Origin: Gammaproteobacteria bacterium
GTDB lineage: Bacteria; Pseudomonadota; Gammaproteobacteria; Magnimaribacterales; AG-339-G14
Direction: 5' to 3'
DNA: 64,000 bases
Assembly: GCA_003331625.1 (NCBI GenBank)
Contig: QOPF01000002.1
Coordinates: forward strand, 65,482-129,481
The notes beneath the pieces are model-generated. The model saw only the letters and a program-made list of their open reading frames with translations, did not search any database and was not told the DNA's origin. Both the position numbers and the translations under genes were made by a program. Shown piece after piece: positions 1 through 9,414 of the stretch; within the stretch, counting starts at the first letter, position 1; each line of letters opens with the position of its first letter.

Positions 1-228
1 TCTAAACATCAGAAATCCCCCTCCATCGGTAGAAACATTTCCCTTGGCAGAAATGTAATCAAAAGATTCATTAGGGAATTTTTTAAAAGTCATAAACCCA
101 TCTGATTTTCCCCCCATTACTTGATCTTTTATAAATCGCCACGAGTCTGAATCTATATTTTTGTCTGGAAGAATAATTAGAGCTTGCATGTTAAGAGAAA
201 GAAGAATCAAAATTAAATATTTAGTCAT
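1..228 (-). CDS. CIA30-domain protein (complex I intermediate-associated protein 30 family), N-terminal part only; gene runs off the window start
   Basis: Not in the ORF track because it is truncated. Manual minus-strand translation from ATG at 228 gives MTKYLILILLSLNMQALIILPDKNIDSDSWRFIKDQVMGGKSDGF...STDGGGFLMFR. The W-x4-D-x-VMGG-S and GGF segments are typical of CIA30 domains, and the N-terminus is signal-like. It is in frame to position 1. Confidence 0.6.
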   Translation of the reverse strand, partial: MTKYLILILLSLNMQALIILPDKNIDSDSWRFIKDQVMGGKSDGFMTFKKFPNESFDYISAKGNVSTDGGGFLMFR

Positions 229-233
229 TTTTA

Positions 234-818
234 TCAGTCTAAGATTTTATCTTTAGTTATGTTAACTAATTCGTCTTCAAAAACTAAGTCTTTTGTAGAA
301 TCTAGACGATCTACATAAAGATAGCCAAAAAGATGATCCAATTCATGTTGAAATACTGTAGCCAAAAAATCTTCAACAATTACTTCTTTTTTTTCTGCTT
401 TTTCATTTAAATAAGAAATCTTCAATTTTTTTGGTCTTTTAACATAGCCTCTTAAACCCGGAACACTTAAACAACCTTCCCAAAATCCCTGTTTTTCTGA
501 GTTTATTACCTCTAATTCAGGATTAAATATTATAAATTCTTCAGAATCTTCTAAGTTTTCATACCTATCTGAACTACTTTCTAACTTAATAACAGCCAAT
601 TGTATTGAAATGCCAATTTGTGGTGCTGCTAGACCTATTCCACCAGCTTTTTCCATGACATTCCACATGTCATCAATTAAATTCTGAATGTTTTCAGATA
701 AAATTTCTTCTTTAGACACTTCTTTTGCTGTACGTCTTAAAATTGGATTACCTAGCTTTAAAATTTCGTATTCTTCTTTCATTGTTTTTAAAATTTTTAT
801 TGGGACAATTTTAGGCAT
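234..818 (-). CDS. def: Peptide deformylase
   Basis: All three PDF motifs are present: GIGLAAPQ, EGCLSVPG and HELDHL. An alternative ATG at 782 would remove a 12-aa N-terminal extension. Confidence 0.93.
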   Translation of the reverse strand: MPKIVPIKILKTMKEEYEILKLGNPILRRTAKEVSKEEILSENIQNLIDDMWNVMEKAGGIGLAAPQIGISIQLAVIKLESSSDRYENLEDSEEFIIFNPELEVINSEKQGFWEGCLSVPGLRGYVKRPKKLKISYLNEKAEKKEVIVEDFLATVFQHELDHLFGYLYVDRLDSTKDLVFEDELVNITKDKILD

Positions 819-838
819 TTATAATGCTCTTCTAAAAA

Positions 839-867
839 TTGACTTAACTTTTCAATAGTCTTAAACT
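839..867 (+). promoter_or_regulatory. Candidate sigma70 promoter for the 910 lipoprotein gene
   Basis: TTGACT (839-844), a 17-nt spacer, then TAAACT (862-867). AGGAG lies upstream of the ATG at 910. Such matches are easy to find by chance in AT-rich DNA. Confidence 0.3.
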
Positions 868-909
868 TGCCGTCGTAAAGGCATATTAAGTGTCTTAGGA
901 GAATTATCA

Positions 910-1401
910 ATGATTTTAACCAAATTTAAGAATTTATTTGCTCCAGTTTTAAAACTGTCAGCTTTAATAACTTTACTCACATTAATAGGATGTTCTAGTA
1001 CTCCTTTTATGGAAAATAATATTGTTGCTACAAAGTATCTTCTGGATAATTTTGTAGAAGATGCTGGTGGTAAAGGTCAGGCAAATGCCGAAACCTACCA
1101 TTGGGAAGTTGATGCTTCAGCTCTTGGTTGTGCTGAACTTCAAGCAGAAAGAATTAGACATTCAGCTTTAATTGATAGCGTTGCTGAAAAAGCCATAGAA
1201 AATTCAACTAGATCTACTAGCTATGCATCTTATGGACTCGAAATGCATGATCCTGCTGCTGGAACTAGTTTTATTGGGGTAAAGTCAACTGGATTAAATC
1301 CAGAAGTATCCGAATACAGAAAACTTAAATTAGCGGTCGAAAAACTTAAATCTGCTTCAATTGATAAATGCACATCAGCTGAAGTAATGAGAACTCCGTA
1401 A
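910..1401 (+). CDS. Hypothetical lipoprotein
   Basis: It has an N-terminal signal peptide with the lipobox LIGC (LTLIGC|SS) and a good AGGAG RBS. I recognise no family. Confidence 0.6.
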   Translation: MILTKFKNLFAPVLKLSALITLLTLIGCSSTPFMENNIVATKYLLDNFVEDAGGKGQANAETYHWEVDASALGCAELQAERIRHSALIDSVAEKAIENSTRSTSYASYGLEMHDPAAGTSFIGVKSTGLNPEVSEYRKLKLAVEKLKSASIDKCTSAEVMRTP

Positions 1402-1416
1402 TTTTTTACTTCCTTA

Positions 1417-2931
1417 TTAGGAAGTTTCCAAAGCTTTAATGATTATCGATCTGGTTTCTGCCGGATCGATGACCGCATCTATCTCTAATTGTGTTGCAGC
1501 TTCTAAAGCTTTACCAGCATCGTACATTTTTTGAACCAATTTGTTAAAAAGAGCATCTCTTTCAGAATCATCTTCAATAGCCTCAAGCTCCTTTTTATAC
1601 CCTAGTTTGACAGCGCCTTCTAAACCCATTCCGCCAAATTCTCCAGTTGGCCAAGAAGCTGTATAAATTGGAATGTAAAAACTTCCTCCCACCATTGCCA
1701 TAGCACCCAAGCCATAACCTTTCCTTAAAAAAATAGCCACTAAGGGAACAGAAATATTTGCCCCGGAATTGAATAAACCTCCCATTTTTCTCACAGCGCC
1801 TTCTCTTTCACTTTCTACACCAACCATAAAACCAGGTGTATCCGCTAAAGAAACTATAGGTATTTTATGATCGTTACAAGTTGACAAAAACTGTCCTGCT
1901 TTCTCTGCAGAAGTAGCATCTATTGCGCCTCCTAATTGTTGGCAATCATTGGCAATTATTGCCATAGGTTTTCCTTCCAGTCTAATGAAGCCAGTAATTA
2001 TACTTCGGCCATAAATTTTTCTTACTTCTAAAAAAGAATCTTTATCTGCGATTGTCTCTATGATATCTCTAACAGAATAAGCCATTCTTCTGTTTTCAGG
2101 GATAAGATTTCTTAATAATGACTGATCTTTAACCTCCCATGAATCCATGTCTCCTTGAAAATAAGAAAGTAGTTTTTTTGCAAATCTGGTTGCATCTTTT
2201 TCATCTTCAGCGAGATAATCAATAACGCCAAGCTTTTCCTGTTCTGCTCCAGGGCCAATATCTTTAGGATCTACCTTTCCTAATCCTCCCCCTTCTATCA
2301 TTGCTGGGCCAGCCATACCCAGCCAAGATTTCTTTGTTGAAATGCAGAAGTCTGCTGTACCAAATAAAGCAGCATTTCCTGCAAAACAATATCCATTATT
2401 AACAGCAATTCTCAAGCTTTTTCCTTTAAGTTTTGCCCAATTGCTAAATGAGGGGATTTGCAAACCTGCAAATTGAACTTGTACATCAGTATCTCCTGGT
2501 CTTCCACCCCCACCTTCGGTGTACATAATTACTGGAAGATTTTGTTTTTCTGCCGTCTCGCAGATTCGATCTAGTTTTTTATGATGGTAATAACCTTGAG
2601 TTCCTGCAAGGACGGAATAATCATTAATAATTATGGCTGAAAGAGCTTTCTTTGAATCTAAAATTTTACTATTTATTTTTCCAAATCCAGTGATTATTCC
2701 ATCAGCTGCTGTTTCGGTTCTAAGTTCGTCTAGTTTTCTTCTACTTTTTTGAGCTGCTATAGCAAGTTGACCATATTCTACAAAAGAACCTTCATCGACA
2801 AGATACTCTAAATTTTCTCTAGCAGTAAGATAACCCTTTTCGTGCCGCTTTTCTTTTGCCGCTTCCCTTTCTTCATCTAAAGTCTTAGAAAGCCTCTTAT
2901 GCAATTCTATAAGTTCTGACCTTTCTTCCAT
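1417..2931 (-). CDS. Acyl-CoA carboxylase carboxyltransferase (beta) subunit family protein
   Basis: The 504-aa ORF has segments ADTPGFMVG...VRKMGGL...RKGYGLGAMAM, which match the C-terminal CT half of PccB/MccB-type enzymes. The N-terminal half carries a GGGGRPGD-type loop. Confidence 0.8.
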   Translation of the reverse strand: MEERSELIELHKRLSKTLDEEREAAKEKRHEKGYLTARENLEYLVDEGSFVEYGQLAIAAQKSRRKLDELRTETAADGIITGFGKINSKILDSKKALSAIIINDYSVLAGTQGYYHHKKLDRICETAEKQNLPVIMYTEGGGGRPGDTDVQVQFAGLQIPSFSNWAKLKGKSLRIAVNNGYCFAGNAALFGTADFCISTKKSWLGMAGPAMIEGGGLGKVDPKDIGPGAEQEKLGVIDYLAEDEKDATRFAKKLLSYFQGDMDSWEVKDQSLLRNLIPENRRMAYSVRDIIETIADKDSFLEVRKIYGRSIITGFIRLEGKPMAIIANDCQQLGGAIDATSAEKAGQFLSTCNDHKIPIVSLADTPGFMVGVESEREGAVRKMGGLFNSGANISVPLVAIFLRKGYGLGAMAMVGGSFYIPIYTASWPTGEFGGMGLEGAVKLGYKKELEAIEDDSERDALFNKLVQKMYDAGKALEAATQLEIDAVIDPAETRSIIIKALETS

Positions 2932-4473
2932 TTAAGATATTGCGGGAGCTGTTTTACCAAGCTTATTTTCTTTCAGAACCCTTTTTAAAACTTTTCCGGT
3001 AGCATTTCTGGGTAAGGCGTCTATAAATTCTATAGATTTTGGAATTTTAAATTTTGCAAGATTTTTAAGACAGTGATTGATAATCTCATCTTCAGACAAG
3101 TTTTCTTTTTGTTTAAGGGATATAAAAGCTAATCCTACTTCTCCCCATTTATCATCTGGGATACCAATAATTGCAACTTCTGCTATTTCAGTAAGTTGAT
3201 ATAAAACATTTTCAACTTCCGCCGGATAGACATTCTCTCCTCCAGAAATATACATATCCTTTTGACGATCAACTATATAAATAAATCCTTCATCATCCAT
3301 TTGAGCTGCATCTCCTGTTTTAAGCCAACCGTTAATAAATGAGTCTTCAGTTGCTTTCCTATTATTCCAATAACCAGGAGTAATGTTTGGACCTTTAATC
3401 AAAATTTCTCCTACTTCTCCCTGATTAACTTCTTTTCCATCAGAATCTACAATTTTTACTTCGGTATGAAGAAGAGGTTTGCCAGCTGACCCTATTTTGC
3501 GTGCAGCATCATCACCAGACAATCCTATACCTCCGGGACTAGTCTCAGTCATACCCCAACCTTGCCATAGCTCTACTCCTTTGTTTTGCCAGGTTTCAAT
3601 AATTATTTCAGCACAAGGTGCTCCACCTACTCCAGCACCTTCAATCCCAGAAAAATCTGTAGTTTCAAAATTAGGATGCTGCATCATAAATTGAAATGGA
3701 GCTGGTACAGCGAAAAAATGAGTAATGCCATGCTCTGGGTTATTTATAATTTCAAGGGACTTTCCTGGATCAAACTCTTTCATTAAAACTATCTGGCCGC
3801 CGTTATGAAGAATTGGATTGGCATAACAATTCATACCGCCAGTATGGAACAAAGGTAAAACTACTAATTGAATAGTTTTATCTGTAATTCTTGCTGTAGC
3901 TCCAAGGTTTACTGCATTAAAAAATTGCATTTGATGAGAAATCATAGCGCCTTTTGGGTGACCTGTTGTTCCAGAGGTATACATCAACATAATTAAATCT
4001 TCATGGGTACTTTCTACAGATTTAAAGTCTTGCCCTTCTTTTAAAGCATTCTCGTATTGGCTACTTAAATTATTTTCCTCAAACATTAAAGAATTTGAAA
4101 TATTGCAGTCTTTTATAAGTTCTAAAGCTACCTCTTCGAATTCATCTGAATAAATTAAAGTCATTGGGGAGCTATCATTTAAAATATACTGAAGTTCTGG
4201 TTTTGTTAATCTCCAATTTAAAGGCAGCTCGATACCGCCAATTTTTCCACAAGCAAACTCAAGTTCAAAAATTTCAGCAGAGTTATGTGACAAAATTGCT
4301 ACCCGATCGCCTTTATTAAGTCCTTTTTTTTGTAGCCAGCTTGCAAGCGATTTAGATCTTTCATTCAATTCTTTATAGGAAGTAATTCGTCCCGAAGAAA
4401 CTTCTTTAATGGCTACTTTATTTGGTCTGAAGTTGGCTTGATATTCTGCCCAATCATAATATTTTACTGTCAT
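2932..4473 (-). CDS. AMP-dependent acyl-CoA synthetase/ligase
   Basis: It has the AMP-binding motif YTSGTTGHPKG, GWLKTGD and a C-terminal GK. Its stop abuts the start of the carboxyltransferase gene with a 0-nt gap. Confidence 0.88.
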   Translation of the reverse strand: MTVKYYDWAEYQANFRPNKVAIKEVSSGRITSYKELNERSKSLASWLQKKGLNKGDRVAILSHNSAEIFELEFACGKIGGIELPLNWRLTKPELQYILNDSSPMTLIYSDEFEEVALELIKDCNISNSLMFEENNLSSQYENALKEGQDFKSVESTHEDLIMLMYTSGTTGHPKGAMISHQMQFFNAVNLGATARITDKTIQLVVLPLFHTGGMNCYANPILHNGGQIVLMKEFDPGKSLEIINNPEHGITHFFAVPAPFQFMMQHPNFETTDFSGIEGAGVGGAPCAEIIIETWQNKGVELWQGWGMTETSPGGIGLSGDDAARKIGSAGKPLLHTEVKIVDSDGKEVNQGEVGEILIKGPNITPGYWNNRKATEDSFINGWLKTGDAAQMDDEGFIYIVDRQKDMYISGGENVYPAEVENVLYQLTEIAEVAIIGIPDDKWGEVGLAFISLKQKENLSEDEIINHCLKNLAKFKIPKSIEFIDALPRNATGKVLKRVLKENKLGKTAPAIS

Positions 4474-4659
4474 TGTTCTTAATGTTTTTTTTATAATTAT
4501 AAGTAAAAAGCAAAATTACTTTGTCTATTATTATGCCCCTAATATCTATAATGCTGAAAGAATATTTACAATCACTTTGGAGCTTTTTTAGAGCTTATCC
4601 AATTTATGCTATAGGTTTTTTTTATGGAGGATACCTAATAGGAATATTTTATTTCTAAT

Positions 4660-5559
4660 CTACTTAGTAGATTTTTTTATTAAATCATCAGGCTCGGGTA
4701 AAGAAGAAAAGTTATCCTCTGTAATGTCCTTAAACATATTTGCAGGTGAAACCGACTCAAATAGTGCTTTCTCGTCTTTGGGGTCAGAATAAAAACCAAG
4801 TATGTATCCTCCTTTTGAATAACCAATTAACGATCTTATTTCAGGAGAAATATCTTTAGCTATGTCAGGAGGACATGACAAATACTGATTTTCTTCTTGC
4901 CTTAACCAATTCAAAGCGTAATGAAGAAAAATTCCTGTTCTGACATCTTTTTTTGAAGAATTTTCACCTCCTCCGTGAAGAACAGTTCCTGTATACAAAA
5001 GAACAGACCCTTGCTTCATTTCGGCATAGGCGATTTCATCTTTCTTGGGAATGCGATTTTTTTCCCAAAGATGAGATCCTGGAACTATCTGTGTTGCTCC
5101 ATTTTCTTTCGTAAAATCTGACGCAGCCCAAATGGTACTCATGAGAGGTTCTACTTTTCTTGGAAGATACCCTCCCCATATGCCTCTGTCACGATGCAAA
5201 ATTTGTTTGCTTTCTCCAGGGGCTATACTTACTGCGGACGTAAAATGTAATTGGTATCCATCGCAAAAGGGAGATAAATATTTATCTGAAACTTCATTTA
5301 TTAATTTATTGAGAGCAAGCTTTCTACAAGCTTGGGATCTTGCTATCAAAGCTCCAATTCTTTTTGTTTTAAAACCAGTGAATTCATCTCTTCCGAATAC
5401 ATCATTTTTTAAATAGGGAGATAAATCTTGATTTAAAGCTTCAACTTCATCTTGATCGATGAGATTATCAATTATCACTCCAGCATCTTTATCAAGAACT
5501 TCAATAATTTCATCAACAGATGAAGTTTTTGAAAGATGCACTAATTTAGCCATCTTCAA
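4660..5559 (-). CDS. Phytanoyl-CoA dioxygenase (PhyH) family Fe(II)/2-oxoglutarate oxygenase
   Basis: The 299-aa ORF has an H-R-D facial-triad segment (ILHRDRG) and a distal His in TVLHGGGEN. The overall layout is PhyH-like. Confidence 0.7.
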   Translation of the reverse strand: MKMAKLVHLSKTSSVDEIIEVLDKDAGVIIDNLIDQDEVEALNQDLSPYLKNDVFGRDEFTGFKTKRIGALIARSQACRKLALNKLINEVSDKYLSPFCDGYQLHFTSAVSIAPGESKQILHRDRGIWGGYLPRKVEPLMSTIWAASDFTKENGATQIVPGSHLWEKNRIPKKDEIAYAEMKQGSVLLYTGTVLHGGGENSSKKDVRTGIFLHYALNWLRQEENQYLSCPPDIAKDISPEIRSLIGYSKGGYILGFYSDPKDEKALFESVSPANMFKDITEDNFSSLPEPDDLIKKSTK

Positions 5560-5582
5560 AATATACTATTAAAATTTGTATT

Positions 5583-6614
5583 TTAAAAAGATTTTTGAAA
5601 GCCAAAAATTAATTGAACTTCATCTTTCATCTGCAATCCATTTTTTTCATAATGAATTGGCTTGACTATTTCCACCGCAAGCCTGTCTTCAGAACCTGAA
5701 AAGATGCTAGTTAAAAAATTAAAGCCAATTCCAAGATCTCCTGTAAATCCACCATAATTCGATGTAATAGAAGTCTGAACAGGAGCAGTAATTAATATAT
5801 TAGAACCAGAAATTTGTTCTTGATGAGTGAATCTTAGTCTGCTGGAAAAAGAAAAAACTCTGTTGAAAGAATATTGATACCATGAATCCCAATATATTTT
5901 ATTCCCAAAATGCCAATCTTTTGAAGAGATGTTTTGTATAAATCTTAGCTGATTTCCAAATAAATGAATATCTGATAGTGAATATGCATTTGTAAAAGCA
6001 AAAACTAATGAAGTAGATTTGTCTCCAGACTGCATTCCATAAGGCAATAGCATTGTCATAGTGGTATTCATAGGAGTGAGCATTTTTGCTTTTTTAGAAT
6101 TAGACCCTAAAGATTTTCTTAGCCCAATTTCTGCATGCCACCGACTTTTTTTATTTTCTGTAATATTTATTAATGTAGAAAAAGAGATATCTGAAAGGTC
6201 TTCACTTGAGGTATTGAACGATCCTAAGTGATTTCTAGACATGCCATGAAAGGTATTGAGATTCATTGATTTATCCATGAACATGGTCATTAACATCAAA
6301 GTAATTTCATCTGAAGGAGCATACATTCCTCCTATCATTAACATTTTCATACTCATCTCAATGGGTACCACGCTTAAGTTAGCTGGTGAATTTGAATGAG
6401 GATTTTCAAAAGTAAGTATTTCAGAATCAGAAATATTATTACCCTCAGAAATATTTCCTCGCATTTTCATATAAGAAGCTCTTATAGATAGCATAGATTC
6501 ACCTTTTTCATGGGCGTGATCTGCCATAACTCCAATAGGCGCATGTCCAATCGCCTGAGATCCAAAAATAGAAAAAGAAAAAATAAGAAAGATTAAAGAA
6601 AGATATCGGTGCAT
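5583..6614 (-). CDS. Outer-membrane beta-barrel protein (putative hydrophobic-substrate channel)
   Basis: It has a signal peptide (FSIFGSQA|IG), alternating beta-strand-like sequence and a C-terminal aromatic terminus (...FGFQKSF) typical of OMPs. The N-terminal HAPIGVMADHAH segment recalls MetA/phenol-degradation-type barrels. Confidence 0.6.
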   Translation of the reverse strand: MHRYLSLIFLIFSFSIFGSQAIGHAPIGVMADHAHEKGESMLSIRASYMKMRGNISEGNNISDSEILTFENPHSNSPANLSVVPIEMSMKMLMIGGMYAPSDEITLMLMTMFMDKSMNLNTFHGMSRNHLGSFNTSSEDLSDISFSTLINITENKKSRWHAEIGLRKSLGSNSKKAKMLTPMNTTMTMLLPYGMQSGDKSTSLVFAFTNAYSLSDIHLFGNQLRFIQNISSKDWHFGNKIYWDSWYQYSFNRVFSFSSRLRFTHQEQISGSNILITAPVQTSITSNYGGFTGDLGIGFNFLTSIFSGSEDRLAVEIVKPIHYEKNGLQMKDEVQLIFGFQKSF

Positions 6615-6648
6615 TTTTATAAAAGAGCGAAGCTTAACTGAAAAGGAA

Positions 6649-7395
6649 TCAATTTAAAATAAAATTCACTCCGCCTATGTGAATGTTATCTTCTTTTAAT
6701 AATTCTAATTCTCTTGCCTTATTTAAAATAATTTCTTTGTCTTTAACTGAAACTTCAAAAGCATTTATACCTTCACCTCTTCCATCAGAAGCATCAATAA
6801 ATTTTATTCTGGAGTCTGAAAAAGCAATTTCAAGATTTTCATTTGCTTTAATACCAAAAGCTTTTTCCCATTTAGAGCACAAAGCTTCCTTGTCATCAGA
6901 TTGCATTACTACTCCAGATAAACACTTGGTGTTGTCATCTTTGGATACATATTTCTGCCATTCTAGTCCTGCCCAAAGCCATCCTGATTCAGGATTCATC
7001 TTATCAATAGAGACAATTGCCCCGCCTATGTTTTTAGGATGAAGATGAATGGTGCGACCTGTTACATTTCCTTCACTTCTTTCGGATTCATAAACGACTT
7101 CAATACCCTCTTGGGCGACGCGCTTTTTTTCCTTATCCACATCATCGCAATCAACAATTACCATATAACCACCATTACCATTTCTTCTTTTGAGATATCT
7201 TTCTGCTGTGGTGTTTTCTTTTACTGGGGTAACAATTTCTATAAAAGTATCGCCTAAGGGAATTAAAGAATTGATAAGACCAAAATAAATTAATCCGTCA
7301 TCATGAAAAGCTACTTTTAAATCAAATACTTTACATATTTGAGACGCGATTGAATCTCTTTCTTCTGCAACAATAACTAACTGTCTTAATCTCAT
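6649..7395 (-). CDS. Glyoxalase-like (VOC superfamily, Glyoxalase_3-type) protein
   Basis: The N-terminal pattern LRQLVIVAE...FGLINSLIPLGDTFIEIVTP...RYLKRRNGNGGYMVIV matches the glyoxalase-like domain family. Confidence 0.65.
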   Translation of the reverse strand: MRLRQLVIVAEERDSIASQICKVFDLKVAFHDDGLIYFGLINSLIPLGDTFIEIVTPVKENTTAERYLKRRNGNGGYMVIVDCDDVDKEKKRVAQEGIEVVYESERSEGNVTGRTIHLHPKNIGGAIVSIDKMNPESGWLWAGLEWQKYVSKDDNTKCLSGVVMQSDDKEALCSKWEKAFGIKANENLEIAFSDSRIKFIDASDGRGEGINAFEVSVKDKEIILNKARELELLKEDNIHIGGVNFILN

Positions 7396-7440
7396 AATAT
7401 TTGTAGAATAACAGAATACACATTAAGAAAAGGAGAAATA

Positions 7441-8256
7441 ATGAAAGAAATTGATATGGGCACGAATCACCTAAAAGCTTTAAAAGGTGACGGCATAGGA
7501 AAAATTATTATGAATAGACCGGAAGCTAGAAATGCAATGTCTGATGAAATGAATGCAGCCATGATGGCAGTTCTAGAGGATTTTGAAAATGATTCTGAAG
7601 TACGTGCTGTGATATTGACAGGATCTGAGGGGGCATTTTGTGCCGGTGGCGATGTTAAAGGCATGGCGAATAAAAAAAATGATCCTAAGAGAACAATTGA
7701 TATTGCAATTCATGAACAAAGAATTCATCAAAGAGGTACTTCGGGAAAATTATTTAAAATGCCTAAACCAACAATTGCTGCAGTAAATGGACCAGCTGCA
7801 GGAGCTGGAATGTCTTATGCTCTTTCATGTGATTTGAGAATTATGTCTAGTAGTGCTTTTTTCACAACTGCGTTTGCCAAAGTAGGATTTTCTGGAGATT
7901 ACGGTGGGTCATACTTCATGACTCAGTTGGTTGGTTTATCTAAAGCAAAAGAATTATATTTTCTTTCAGATAAAATTACTGCAGACGAAGCACTAAAATT
8001 AGGACTGACTAATTGGATCGTAAAACATGAGGAACTTGAAGAAAAAACATTTGAGATTGCAAAACAACTGGCACAAGGTCCCTCTGTTGCTTTTCGTTAT
8101 ATGAAAGAAAATCTAAATCGAGCTGTGAGCGGTGAGGTAGATGATTGTCTTGACCTTGAAGTAACTCATCACGTTCATTGTGGAGAAACTGAAGATCATA
8201 AAAATGCTACAAAGGCTTTCGTTGAAAAAAAACAACCCGTGTTTAAGGGTCGATAA
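7441..8256 (+). CDS. Enoyl-CoA hydratase/isomerase (crotonase) family protein
   Basis: It has the crotonase segments FCAGGDVKG and AAVNGPAAGAG, and a strong RBS (AAGGAGAAATA-ATG). Confidence 0.88.
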   Translation: MKEIDMGTNHLKALKGDGIGKIIMNRPEARNAMSDEMNAAMMAVLEDFENDSEVRAVILTGSEGAFCAGGDVKGMANKKNDPKRTIDIAIHEQRIHQRGTSGKLFKMPKPTIAAVNGPAAGAGMSYALSCDLRIMSSSAFFTTAFAKVGFSGDYGGSYFMTQLVGLSKAKELYFLSDKITADEALKLGLTNWIVKHEELEEKTFEIAKQLAQGPSVAFRYMKENLNRAVSGEVDDCLDLEVTHHVHCGETEDHKNATKAFVEKKQPVFKGR

Positions 8257-9396
8257 TTACTTGTGAGGAGTAACTAAATATTTTTTTCCAGTTGCTTGCT
8301 TAGCGTAACTTTTGAGAATCTCAGGTTCCAGCATTTCTTCTAAAGATATTTCTGCAGTATAAGAACTCGAAAAAGTTGAAGTGATTTCATTTGCTACTCT
8401 TTCTCTCATTTTTTGAAATACTTTAGGACCAGCTTTAGCAATGAAAGGAGTAAGTAGCCATCCGCCTAAGCCCCATTGAAGTCCATAAGATCTATTTAAA
8501 ACCGTAGGTGTTGGATCTAAGCCTCCATAAATATAGACCTGCTTATAAGTATCAGAACCATATCTACTGTACTCAGAGGCTTTTTTATTTGCAGAAATTT
8601 CCATAGCAGATAAAATCTGTCCTGCTAATTTGCCTTCATTTCCTCCTCCAGTTGCATCGAACCCAAGAGTAGCTCCAGTTGAATCGATTGCGGCAATTAA
8701 ATTTGTCATAAAAGAATCTTCGCTCATATTGCAAACGTTTTCAGCACCAAGATCTTTCAAAAGGGTTACATGCTCTTCTTTTCTTACAATATTTACTAAT
8801 GGGATGCCATCTGCTTGACATATTTTAATTAACATCTGACCTAAGTTCGAAGCTGCTGCAGTATGGATAATAGCCGTATGATTTTCCATTTTCATGGTTT
8901 CAGTAAATCCTAAAGCAGTTAAAGGATTCACAAATGATGAAGCAGCATCTTTTGGACTTGTTCCATCATTCATTACAAGACAGCTTTCAACAGGCACACA
9001 TCTATACTGAGAATACATTGCGCCGCCAGCAACGCCTACGGTTTTGCCAATAAGTTCTTTTCCTGCCTCTCCAGAATCAACAACAACTCCACCACCTTCA
9101 TTACCAACTTTCATTGATTTATCAAATCTTGCAGTCATAGTCTTATGAAGAGCAGGAAGAATGTTCATTGTAGTAGTTTTATCATCGCCCGAGCCTTCAG
9201 TAGAAATAGAGCTAAGATCAGCTGCAAAACTTATAAGCAAACCCAAATCGGAAGGGTTGATAGGAGAAGCTTCGACTTTTAACAACACTTCATGATCTTT
9301 AGGAGTAGGCATCTCTACTGATTCAATAGATAGCTTTAATTGACCTTCGCTTGTTACTTCCGAACGAATTTCTCTCGATGTATTTTCTTCAGACAT
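8257..9396 (-). CDS. Medium-chain dehydrogenase/reductase (quinone oxidoreductase / enoyl reductase-like)
   Basis: LLKVEASPINPSD is typical of the QOR/MDR N-terminal domain, followed by a Rossmann-like region. Confidence 0.75.
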   Translation of the reverse strand: MSEENTSREIRSEVTSEGQLKLSIESVEMPTPKDHEVLLKVEASPINPSDLGLLISFAADLSSISTEGSGDDKTTTMNILPALHKTMTARFDKSMKVGNEGGGVVVDSGEAGKELIGKTVGVAGGAMYSQYRCVPVESCLVMNDGTSPKDAASSFVNPLTALGFTETMKMENHTAIIHTAAASNLGQMLIKICQADGIPLVNIVRKEEHVTLLKDLGAENVCNMSEDSFMTNLIAAIDSTGATLGFDATGGGNEGKLAGQILSAMEISANKKASEYSRYGSDTYKQVYIYGGLDPTPTVLNRSYGLQWGLGGWLLTPFIAKAGPKVFQKMRERVANEITSTFSSSYTAEISLEEMLEPEILKSYAKQATGKKYLVTPHK

Positions 9397-9414
9397 ATTT
9401 TCTCCTTTTTTGAA

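Noticed and set aside
1408-1425. A perfect 7-bp hairpin ACTTCCT-TATT-AGGAAGT between or over the convergent gene ends, considered as a possible bidirectional terminator.
   Set aside because: The T-run precedes rather than follows the stem on the plus strand, and A's follow it on the minus strand. It also covers the stop codon of the carboxyltransferase gene. It is therefore not a canonical intrinsic terminator, and I did not list it as a feature.
3479-3786. Plus-strand ORFs (71 and 66 aa) inside the acyl-CoA synthetase gene.
   Set aside because: They are antisense shadow ORFs fully contained in a well-supported CDS. They are Pro/Ser/Cys-rich and low-complexity, with no RBS. The same reasoning applies to the other short antisense or alternative-frame track ORFs, e.g. 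5132-5416, 6683-7257, 7467-7664, 8630-8818, 14460-14642, 14969-15586, 18216-18482, 20033-20245, 25176-25710, 27868-28119, 30457-30735, 32194-32397, 35674-36186, 37709-38014, 41106-41801, 43130-43627, 50596-50829, 51890-52226, 55152-55647, 58021-58245 and 61912-62269.
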